This document shows positions 10,393 to 23,270 of a DNA stretch of 23,270 nucleotides, one piece after another. The DNA comes from Vitrella brassicaformis CCMP3155 (Eukaryota; Protista; Chromerida). The notes under the pieces are model-generated. The model made no database searches and was not told where the DNA came from. It saw only the letters and a program-made list of their open reading frames with translations. Position 1 is the first letter of the stretch; each line of letters opens with the position of its first letter. The stretch covers positions 1 to 23,270 of the forward strand of contig CDMY01000762.1 in NCBI GenBank assembly GCA_001179505.1, read 5' to 3'. A program made the translations under genes and the position numbers.

Positions 10393-10536
10393 CTTGATTG
10401 ATCGATTGGCTCTGAATCAAACAGCACAGCCGAATGGGAAGCCTCTCAGATCAGCAAGCAGCGCGTCAGATCTGGCGTCGATCGGCCGGCACCTGCGAGC
10501 TTAGCCACAACGGGAGGGGGAGAAAGAAAGGAGCAC

Positions 10537-13291
<2,755 letters not shown>

Positions 13292-15237
13292 GAGATGAGT
13301 GACTGAGTGAGCCGAGCGAGAGCTGTTCTGCCGCGAGATGATTGATGCACTGCACGGGATGGAGAGAGACGGCCTGCGAAGTCCATTCACCCCCCTCCCC
13401 CGTTTTTCCAACGCCAGCCATGTGTCCGTCCGTGTGGCCGAAAGGCACTGGTGCGTGATTGCATGTGCATTATGGTATTTTTTGCGCCGACGCCCCTGTT
13501 TCTGTCTGCCTGTCTGTCTTGTTTCTTCTCCGTGCTGTGTTTGTATTTATGTATCATAATACACCCTACCCTACAGGGCGGATGGGCGGAGGGGATGGGC
13601 GGCTCTGGGTGCATTCATTTCATTCATGTGTGTGTGTTTGTCTGTATTTATGTTGAGAGTGTTTGTAGAGTGGGGGGGAGGATTGAGGCATCCATGTGTG
13701 CGTCTGGCGGAGAGGCATCCATCATAGCGAGGAAAGGCCAGGAGCGTGAGGTTGCGCTACCTCGCTACTTTCTCTACCTCCTCCCGCCGCTTGCCTTTCC
13801 TCGCACTCAGCGAGGGACATCGACCACTGACAGGGTTCATGCACGTGAGAGCGAGTGTCTGGGCATTTTTCGCATCCATCGGGTGCGTATGCGTGTATGT
13901 CGTCAGTTAGGGAGGGAGGGAGGAGACAGACCTGTGTGTCCATCCATACATCTATCCATCCATCGACCCATCACACGCAGCTGCGTCGATAAACATCGTA
14001 CCCAGAAGACGTGCTGACTGCCACAAGCACCAACCCTTCCCGCAGTTACAAGCGGAAGGACGGGCCATGCGACCACTCTAGCACACTCGCAAGTACGAGG
14101 CGAGGCATGCACTGCACACCCAGTCAGTCATCTAAACAAAGGTAAGAGACACCCGTTGGGCAATCCAATCGCATTCATTCGTTCCAGAAACCACCCACCC
14201 CATCCATCGTCAAAACCCATCACGCAGACCGCATACATTTGTGTGTGAACGCACTCCGGGCCAGCGAAAAAGATGACATCAGGTGGCTGTATATATGCAT
14301 CGGTCAGAGTGTCTTCGCTCTCATGCTCATCGAGCGACTTGACAAAAGGCGCAGGCAGGATGAACGGGAGGGATATATGGATGGGACGGAGGCCGGGCTT
14401 TCCACCCATACAACCCACCCATCCATCGATCCATCCATCCGTGGTAATGGAGAAATACCCGCAACACAACACTCACTCGCGAAAGAGACCGTGCGGCCCC
14501 ACAAAAACACACACGTACACATGCACGACACCACCAGCAAGGCAAGGCAATGCACAGCAACAGCAAAATAATCCGCGCAATCCGCTCGCATCGCATTACT
14601 TTGCGGCATTTGACCTAGGTGACACTCTTATTTGCCCACGACCGACCGACCGACAAAGAGGGAGACACGGAGAGGACAGAACGACGTATGGTGGATGGGA
14701 TGGGATGGGATGCCGCGTGTGCGTCGAGGATGGACGCACGGATCATAGCTCATATACCTACCTAGCCTCTCTCGCTCATCCCCATCTCCCATTCTCTCGT
14801 CAGCCCTCTCTCTATGTCCGGTGTTCGGTCGGCATAGCAGCTAACCGTCGCAAAGACGAAAAAAGTGCTCTCCTCGCCTCGCCTCTCTGGCTATATGACT
14901 CACTCGTGCGTCGGCCGCAAGCTCATCGCTGAATGAAGGACAGCGGGGCTGACATGACGAGGCCCCCTCGGCTGTCTCATGCAAGCTCCTATTCAGCACT
15001 CTGTCTGTCTCCCCGGCAAACAAAAGGCACCTACCCCACCCCACGCCCCGCCCCTCCCTGCAACCAACAAAAAAGGGGAGGACACACCGATGTCGCAAAC
15101 ACTTCAGACACACACACACACACACACATATCAACCAGCTAGTTCAGCCCGACGAAGGGAAGCACGACAGAGTCACCAGGCGCCCACCCGCCGTGCAGCC
15201 CACATAGCTGGCTGTTCGGCAGAGACTAGCTGTCTCA

Positions 15238-17375
15238 CTATGAGCGCCTCTCGCTGACTGGCGTGCCCGTCCTCGCCGTATGCCGCATGCGCGGCTCGCT
15301 CACCACACGGGATATCTCCTCCTCCACAGCACTGTCTAGCTCACCCCTCTCGCCCTTGCCCTCCCCGCCCCCTCCCTGCGTCATGGCAAAATCGGTCACG
15401 TCTACGCCCGCCAGCCGTGCCAGCGCCTGTATCTCCATCATAAAGAAGTGTGTCCATCGGTTTGGGTCGGGCAGCACCGCCTGGTCCGCCACGATGTTGA
15501 CCCGGAGGCCGCCGGCCATCGACACCATGGCGATGGCGATGCCGCAGCCGCCACGCATCGGCGCGAAGCACAGGCAGCTGCTGCCCTTGCGGCCGGCCAG
15601 GGACCCCAGGTCGGAGGGGCCCGGCACGTTGGTGAACAGCGCGGCGGACTTGCTGGCCAACATGTCACCCAAATACTGCAAACAACAGGATAGCAGCAAC
15701 ATGAGGCCCGCCGCTTTTGTGTGGTGGTTGGTGGCAGGCAGTATGTGTTATGGCACGTACGTGTGACAGAGTCGGCGGGACGATGTCGGCGAGCACCTTG
15801 AGGCTCAGAGCCATCACCAGCATGTCCGTCTGACTCTTCAGACGCTGAATGGCCGTGTGCACCGACTGCATCCAACACCCAAACCACACCCACAAACAAT
15901 TCACACAGCCATCCATCCGCCCTCTCGGTGCACTCAGTGCCTGTGTGCCACCATGCATGACTTACTTACCCTGAGCCTCTGAACCAACGTATCGTTAGGC
16001 GATGCCGGCACCCTGATGGGCACCGGGACCATGTTGTTGCCCATCTCGTGCACCTCATCGGTCCGCAAACTCACGGGCACGAACACGGGCAGCGTCATGG
16101 AGCGGTCCACTATCGGGCTGCCGTGCTGCGAGTGCGACACGGCATACCGCCGGTACGCCCCCACCAGCGCACACGTCAGGACGTCGTTGAGCGTCACGCG
16201 CGTGCCGATCAGTGCCGTGAGCTTGGACCGCAGGGGGCGGAATGCCTCGAGAGGCAGCTCGAGTGGTCTGCCGACCACCTTCTTGCCCGTCACCTGCTCC
16301 ATGGGCCGTCTCGGGTCCTGCCAGCTGCGCGGCGCCCTCTCCATCAGCAGGCCCAGGATAATGCCCGGCGCTCGGAAGAAGCCCACAAAGGTCGATAGAA
16401 TCAGCTGGGATCTGGTGAAGGCCGGCTTAAGCGCCGCTCCGTGGTAGGCAGCCTCAGGGTCGTCCCGCCGGCTGTCGAGTAGGTTCTCCATGATGCGGTA
16501 AATGATGCCGAGCCCGTCGGACATGCAGTGCTGGAGCCGCAAGATGACGTGCGAGCGCGGCTTTCCCTCTGGTCCGTCACCGGCCTTGTCTTGTGCCAAG
16601 AGGAGGCACCAGAGGGGCTTGTCGCGGGCCATAGGCTGGGTGCACATGCGGGACACCATGCCGTCGAAGGAGTGCTCCCGCGAGTCGTACTCCAGCTCCT
16701 GGATGTGCTGCGAGATGTCGAAGTGAGGGTCTGGCACCCACCGCAGCCGCCCGCACGCCCTCCTCGGGATGGCCGTGAGCCGCGGCTCCACAGACAGCAA
16801 CCGGTCGGCCATGCACTGCCGAACGGTCTCCACGTCGATGGGCTCACACGTGTAGACGGACGTTATCACACTGAACCGAACCAACAAAGCCAGAAGGAAG
16901 GGACGTGGGAAGGTGGACACACCGCCCTTGCTTGTGTGGTGTGTGTCAGTCGGTGTGTGTCGTACCAGTGGTTGGCTTCGGTCTCCTGCAGCCAGACGCT
17001 ATCGAGCGGCTGCAGTGGTGGGGGTGTCTTGTCCATGCCCCACACGCACCACGCCACCACCTCGCACACGGCACGGTACAGCCATGTCAGCAACGCGTAG
17101 GGGATTAGCACCGGATAGATGACGACAAGCGCCAAGACAAACGCAAACGCATCAAACAGCACCGACGACAGCACCGACGACACCACCAACGCGAACGCCG
17201 GCCGGGTGGATGTTGTCGCTGCGAGAGGAGCAGGAGGGCTTGTGAGGGTGGGTGTGTGGGGCGGACGGGTCTCTGGGATGCCGTCTTGAAGGAGGGTCTT
17301 GGCCGCAGTGCACGCCGACTGCGAAACCGTCATCAACTCGGACAGAGCTGTCGAGCGGGTCATTGGAGCCTCCAT
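15238..17375 (-). CDS. Wax ester synthase/diacylglycerol acyltransferase (WS/DGAT, WSD1-like) with an N-terminal membrane segment (about 617 aa, 4 exons)
   Basis: Exons 17375-16966, 16870-15970, 15865-15761 and 15675-15238 (1854 nt). Motifs: LQPLDSVWLQET, W..DPHFDISQHI, LRLQHCMSDGLG (HHxxxDG position), VTLNDVL, PVSLR, MGN and TNVPGP, matching the WS/DGAT catalytic and C-terminal domains. Confidence 0.9.
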
Positions 17376-17504
17376 TCCCTCTCGTAGCTACCGCAGGACG
17401 TCCTACGCGTCGATAGGCCGCCTGTTCAAGGCGAGGTGAGGAGCAAGCTCGCAGAATAGCTCGCCGACCTCCGCCGTGAGCTGAGGTGACCCTGTAGGAC
17501 TACA

Positions 17505-18139
17505 ATGTATAGGAATATGCCAGTTGACCTCGGTAATGCTATTCAGCACTCTCTTCATTCTCTTCATTCGGATCACATCAACTGCTGTTGTTTGTGTGTC
17601 TTTCTCTTGTGTGTGGTGCAGTTCTGGTCCGCCACGGCCAGAGCGAGGGCAATTTGGCTCAGCAGCTCGCCAAGGACAATGTTGAGTTTTGGGAGCGGCA
17701 CTGGTCGCCAGAGTTCAGAGAGCGCCACAACAGCCTCTATCGCCTCACTGACAAGGGCAGGTACCAGGCCAAGGTGGCGGGCCAGTGGATCAAGGGGCAC
17801 ATCACACCCGTATTCGACAAATACTTCACATCTGAATACGTCAGGTGCGATGAGCTGCATGCCATTGAATGGATGGATGGATGGATTGATGGAGGCAGGC
17901 AGGCGGATCGATCGCCCCATCCCATGCAATGCATGTGCTACATACACCTGTGTTGGTTGTGTGTGTCAGGGCGATGGAGACTGCGGCCAATTTGGATCTG
18001 CCTGGCGCTCGTTGGGTGACCGAGATGTACCTACGTGAGCGCGACCGAGGTGTGCTGGCCAACAAGCCCCACCCGGAGAGGGAGCTCTTCCATCCTGATG
18101 AGATCAAGAGGCGGGAACGGGATGCATTCTACTATCAGG

Positions 18140-18170
<31 letters not shown>

Positions 18171-20888
18171 ATGGGCACGGTGGATGGCATGGCTGCGGGC
18201 GTCTGTCTGTTTGGTTGCAGCCTGCTGGTGGCGAGTCTATCGCTAATTTGTGTCTGCGGGTCGATCGTGTGATCGAGCACTTGTCGGAAAATGCTGGCGG
18301 CCTTAAGGTCATCATCGTCTGCCACGGAGGTACACACACACACACACACACACGACGGATGGGCATGTAAGGAGATCGAGCTCATGTCGGTGTGTCCATT
18401 GCTGCGTTGGCGCTTGCACCAATGCCTGCAGGAGTCATCAAGTCGTTTCGTGCGTTGATCGAGCGTGTGCGTCAGACGGACTACAAGCAGGTGTTCATGG
18501 AGAAGGGCTCCAACAAGATCCACAACGGGCAGATCGTCTGGTACACAAGAAGAGACCCCACCACAGGTGAGTTGAGTTGTTGATACGACACGCCAGACGA
18601 GCCCACCACACCGCTCTCGTGACAAATACATAACACGCCGTATGTATGTTCTTCTCTCTGTTGCTATCTATGTGTCCACAGGCTACATATCATCCAAGTA
18701 CAACTGGGTCAAGTCGGTGTGTCCCTGGGACCTGAGCGTGTCATCCAACGAGTGGCGCGAGATACGCCGGCCCGTCTACTCCAACGAGGAGCTCCTCAAG
18801 TCGGTCCAGCAGGTGCCGCAGATGGTCAACGCGCGACACGACGTCCTCCTCCACCGCCCCCAGCGCATCTTGATCCCAGTGGGGTCGTCGTCGGCGGCAT
18901 CCACCGGCCCCATGATCAGGCGCACAGTGACTGACGACAAGTATGGGCGTGAGGCGTCCCCGTCCCCGAGTGTGGGTGACGACAAGAGCCTGCGGCCCGA
19001 GGGCTCCCCCATGATGTCCGAGTATGAGGTGCCGTCGCCCACGGAGGACACCAAGAAGGAGCCCATCGACAATGGAGTGGCCGAGTCGGACTCGTCGAGC
19101 GATGTGGACATGGAGGGCTGGGAGGCAATGGGCTTCCCCGTCACCCAGGGCAGCTGGATGCGCGGTGCTTCACCCCAGTCGACCACACTGTCGGTCCCAT
19201 CCAAGCCATCCAGGCCGACCCCCAAGGGCGAGAGGCAGCAACAGCGGCAGCAGCAGCCATCAGCAGTCTGCATGGTGCCGTCTGGTGCGAACATCGCCCC
19301 ACTGGTCCAGGTCAAGGAGAGCAAGTCGCAACGGTGGGAGGTGTCCCAGTCAGTGCATCCCGACAGCGCCGCCCCGCACATCCAGGTCAAGGTGCGGAAG
19401 AGGGGGCACCACAGGCATGGCACCCACCACCGCCAGGGGCCACTAACCTCCGCCAAGAGGCGCATCGACGCCGCCCTCTCGCCCACCCGACGAGCCACTG
19501 ACCCGCTCCTGTCGAGCGGCACACCGTCCAGCGCCCCCGCGGCTGTCAGCCGTGCAGAGACGCCCTCCAAGTCTGGGAGCTGTCCTGTGGATATCGAGAA
19601 GGAGCTGGTCGTGCCCTGCATTATGGGAGGCGGAGGGCATGAGTCTGACGGGTCTGACACCGACAGCGACTTCATCGACCTGCGCATCGACTTGGGCGTC
19701 ATCGACCCTCGCAAGCACTTCTGGGCCTCGACCGTGACGGCATCGCGGCCGGTGCATGTGTCGTCGGTGCCGCTCAAAGCCCTGCCAGACGACGGGTCAT
19801 CGATGGACCCGTCAGGGCAGACAGGCGGCAGCCCCAGCCCGAGTCGATCCAGCTCCCCTCGGGTGCGCGTCAGCCCTGTTCCCTCATCGCCCGAAGCATC
19901 GGTGCCCCATCTGGAGAAGAACCGCGACCAGAGAAGCGCTTTCCCGCCCTTCGCATACTCTGACCCTGAGGTGCACGGGCAGAAGGCAGTCGCTCGGGGC
20001 CATGTGGGTGAGGGAGGGGCAGGCGGGGTGGTCATCCAGGCCGTCGCCGAGCAGCATGTCGTCCAGGGCACAGCAGTTGTCGACCAGTCGTCCTTGTCGA
20101 GTTCATATGGTCGCAAAGCCTTCAAGAGCAACTGGTCGCTCAAGAGCTACAACAACTGGAAGGCCAAGAGGGGGGCGCGATCGTCCAAGGAGATCCTGCA
20201 CATCCCTCCTCTTCCCGTTCCACTGTAAGCAGCGACATGCACTCAAGACGGAAGTATTCATCCGATGGTGTGTGTCTGTATGTGTCGCCATCTTTCTTCA
20301 TGCAGGTCTGTGACGTCACCCCCCTCGCCCGTCCTCCCACCGGTCGACACTGACGAACTCTACACGAGTGTGCATCTGCCGACCAAGGCACCTGATGCCG
20401 ACCGCAGGCGCCGCCCACCCGTCGCTCTGCAGATAACGACCAAGCTTGGGGGCGAGCCTAGCAGTGCCATCGAGTTGCCGGCAGGCCGCTCGGACCGCTT
20501 CTTCGGTGTGGGCACGAGTCAGGAGCCTCCCAGTCCGTCATCGACCTTCTCCAACTACAGCAGCTCCGATGCCATCACTGACGAGCAGCACACTGGTCAG
20601 CAAGGGGCCGCCACACGCGACATATACGAGACGACGCCTGGGGCTATCATCTTCCTTTCTCTTGCTGCCTTCGTGTGTGCAGCACCCGTTGTCGATCGTC
20701 TCAATTTGTCGCCGCCCAAGAGGAGACCAAGCCATGCCCACCAGCAGCAACAGCAGGGGCAGGGGCAGGGCACGGCAGTGGAGCGGCAAGGCGATGTCGA
20801 TCCGCCCGAGGGCACTGACCGGCCGCCCTCGTCGGCGTCCAACACGTCCTCCGGGTGGTCGGCGATGCTGTCGCAATCAAGTCCCTGA
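17505..20888 (+). CDS. Histidine phosphatase / phosphoglycerate mutase family protein with a long disordered C-terminal extension (about 929 aa, 7 exons)
   Basis: Exons 17505-17532, 17622-17844, 17970-18138, 18221-18329, 18432-18566, 18682-20224 and 20306-20888 (2790 nt). Motifs: DLVLVRHGQSEGN, RLTDKGRYQA, TSEYVRAMETA, LRERD, GGES and IIVCHGG, so both catalytic His are present. If the last intron is not spliced, the CDS ends at 20228. Confidence 0.9.
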
Positions 20889-21505
20889 CGGAGAGATACA
20901 GAAGACGTGCTCACGGAGGCAGTTGTCGGTGGATGGATGGATGGGATGGATAGATGGAAGTGGTCATTTAAGGGGAGGGGCTTGTCTGTTGGTATGTATC
21001 TTGGCGCGTTTGGGGAGTCAGAGGGCTTCACACCGGCCTGGATGGGATGCGCAGTGTACAGTACACCACACCCTGCGTCTCGCTTTTCGCTGCCTTTCTC
21101 GGCCCTTCGTTAGCTAGCTGCCGTCCTGTAAAGGACGGACTTTGTTGCGGTTTGTGAGTTGAAGCGAGCTCACAGGGAGGGAGACACCACGAACAGACAG
21201 ACAGACAGATGGCAGCAGTGTCGCAGTCTAGGGGGAGCGTTGCTCGGGCAAGAGAACGACGGCATGGATTGATTGAAGAGATTTGGTGTACGTACTTAGG
21301 AAGATCCACAACACCAGTGGAGACGGACCGTACGTCATTGATGCGCTTTTGAGATTATGCTACGAGGTGAGGAAAGACAACATTCTTCACCGCTCGTCCA
21401 CCACGTGCGAGCTTGCAACGGCGCGAGCTTTGCCGTTGAAATCCCCCTTCTTTCTCTCTTAGTGCGGCCCGAAGAGGAGAGCCTCAGCCACAATCCCCGT
21501 CAGTC

Positions 21506-23270
21506 ATGGGGAAGAAGAAGAACAAGAGCAAGGTGAGAAATGCACGTGATGCCATTGGTTATCATACGTCACATTCTGACCATCCACACGCCTCTGTTCA
21601 TACGTCCCTGTGGTCTCTGTGTGCCTACAGAAGCAGTCACAGGCCGTCCTGGCAGCACCCCCCGCCCACCAGCCCTCCCAAGCCCCACCATCCCCCGGCG
21701 ATAACTCGCCAACAGCGAACGCCGATGGGGCTCAGCCTGCCGCACCTGATGGCCCCAACCTCCCAGCGAGAGACCACCCAGCCCCCGACGACGAGCCAGG
21801 CCTCGACAACGACCCGGCGTCAGCAGACGACAGCAGCACCCCGGCCCAGCAGACGCCCCAGGACACCGACACACCAGCCAAGGAGGACGGAGAGGGGCAG
21901 TCAGCCGGGCAGGACGACGAGCGGCTGAAGAAGTACCTGAAGGAGCACGAGTACAGCTTCAGCATCATCATCAAGGCGATCAAGAAGTGTCGGAAAAACC
22001 TCGAAGCCATCGCTCGGCTGGAGGCGCGGCAGCCCCACACGTTGCTGCGGGAGGAGGCCGAGAAGGTCAAGGGCAAGTTGCAGAAGGAACAGGAGATGGC
22101 GATGCTGGTCAAGTTGAGGGACGAGTGCCTGAAGGCTGCGAGGGAGGGCATGGAGAGGGAGGGGGCGAAGGGCAAGGGTCATGCCACGACCCAAACGGAT
22201 ACCGTCGCTGTCGAGGTGAGCAGGGAAGGGAGGCAGGCCACGGAAGAACCTCTGTGTCTATCACCTTCATCGGTTTCTGTGTGTCTGAAGAGTACTGAGG
22301 TGCAGACGGAGGAGACGCTATCGCCTCCCAATGGCGTTGACGAGTCGCCTGCTGACAACGCTGCTGAGGAGCCGCCTGCTGACGAGCAGCCGCCAACTCA
22401 CCAGGTGGATAAACGACATACGCTACACACGACAGTTCTGACAGCTCTCAAAGTGCCGCTTCTGTCATCTCGCTTGCCCCTTCTGCAGCAGCCGTGTCCG
22501 GCGCGCGACACACCGCCCGATGAGGCCGCCACTATGGAGACCAAGCAGTGGTTGGGCCAGAACGTCGAGCTGCACGACGAGGCCTTCAAGCCTGTTGCGT
22601 ACTTCGGCACGCAGCCGGAGGGCGGCGATCGGCCGGGCTGCTACAGCCCGCCCCCCAACTATCACCTGGATGCGGACGCCGTTGGTGCCCCGCACTTCGG
22701 CCAAGTGGCTGGTCAGCAGCAGCCGCCAGTGGAGCCACAGCCACAGCCACAGCCACAGCCACAGCCACAGCAGGATGGCCAGGGAGTACAGCAGCAGCAG
22801 CACCAGCAACTGCACCAGCAAGAGGCTGATGTGGTGGTGGGTCCCCTCTCTTACCCTGCAGCAGCAATCGGCCAGTCCGGCGTGCAGGAGGCGTCCCCCA
22901 TTGGTATTGCTGCTCAGCCCCAGCTGCAACCAACGCCCTCGTTCGCGCCGCCGTCCATGCCCAACTCGGCCCATTTCCTCGCTCCCCTGCCACCCATCGC
23001 CGTGGCCGTGGAGACGCCGCAGTTCCCCCTGTCTGAGGCGCAGCAGGGCGCTGCTGATGGAGGGGATGTGGAGGGGCAGGGGGAGGGTGCGGGTATGTTG
23101 GCGCCTCCGGCTGTGGAGCAGGCTGTCGGTGGCCCGGTGATGCCCTTCATGCCGCAGCAGATGATGGCCCCGGTGCCCCCAGCGCCCGTTTTGCCGCACC
23201 CCTTCAATCTCATGATGGCCCTCGCGGCGATGGGCAACGGCATGCAGCCCAGCGTCATGTTGCCCATGAT
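21506..23270 (+). CDS. Paralog B: Lys-rich N-terminus, coiled-coil domain, Pro/Gln-rich low-complexity region; 3' incomplete
   Basis: Exons 21506-21532 (MGKKKNKSK), 21631-22215, 22291-22404 and 22489 to beyond 23270, with phase-0 GT-AG introns at the same positions as in paralog A. The frame is open to the window end (...GEGAGMLAPPAVEQAVGGPVMPFMPQQMMAPVPPAPVLPHPFNLMMAL...). Confidence 0.85.
22735..22770 (+). repeat. Coding hexamer repeat (CCACAG)x6 encoding (PQ)6
   Basis: Six copies are visible in paralog B, against two at the homologous site of paralog A (about 436-447, minus strand). Confidence 0.9.

Larger units (their letters stand above)
21401..23270 (+). repeat. Right arm of the inverted segmental duplication (partner 1-1875)
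   Basis: Reverse-complement homology to the left arm begins at ccacgtgcgagcttgcaacggcgcgagctttgccgttgaaat (21401-21442) and runs to the end of the window. Confidence 0.95.

Noticed and set aside
14270-14345. Possible box C/D snoRNA on the minus strand (CGATGA...CTGA...CTGA)
   Set aside because: The C box is imperfect, there is no terminal stem, and I could not recognise an rRNA-complementary guide. An Infernal/snoscan hit would be needed.
18776-20143. 455-aa antisense ORF
   Set aside because: It is the shadow of the GC-rich sense exon 18682-20224 and has no recognisable motif. The same applies to most other long ORFs in the track (e.g. 10446-11096, 16016-16447, 22465-23199).

Overview
GC-rich, intron-dense eukaryotic DNA. 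The apicomplexan-like E2 and kinase sequences, together with short CA/GT- and GACA-repeat introns, point to a chromerid alveolate such as Vitrella (inference, no database search). Manual GT-AG splicing gives nine gene models with 51 introns of about 55-195 nt; the ORF track shows only fragments of them. In order: paralog A of a coiled-coil/low-complexity protein (-, frameshifted), F-box protein (+), single-EGF membrane protein (-), 13-exon TraB-like protein (+), UBE2W-type E2 with a bipartite-looking leader (-), PH-less PKB/S6K-like AGC kinase (+), WS/DGAT acyltransferase (-), histidine phosphatase/PGAM-family protein (+), and paralog B (+, runs off the end). The most notable structure is: (i) an inverted duplication flanking the window; (ii) four consecutive head-to-head gene pairs whose short promoters, plus the paralog B promoter, each carry the 9-mer TGCGAGCTT; (iii) many introns with AC-rich 5' halves and complementary GT-rich 3' halves. 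No RNA genes, mobile elements or CRISPR arrays are supported. All models were spliced by eye and need RNA-seq confirmation.
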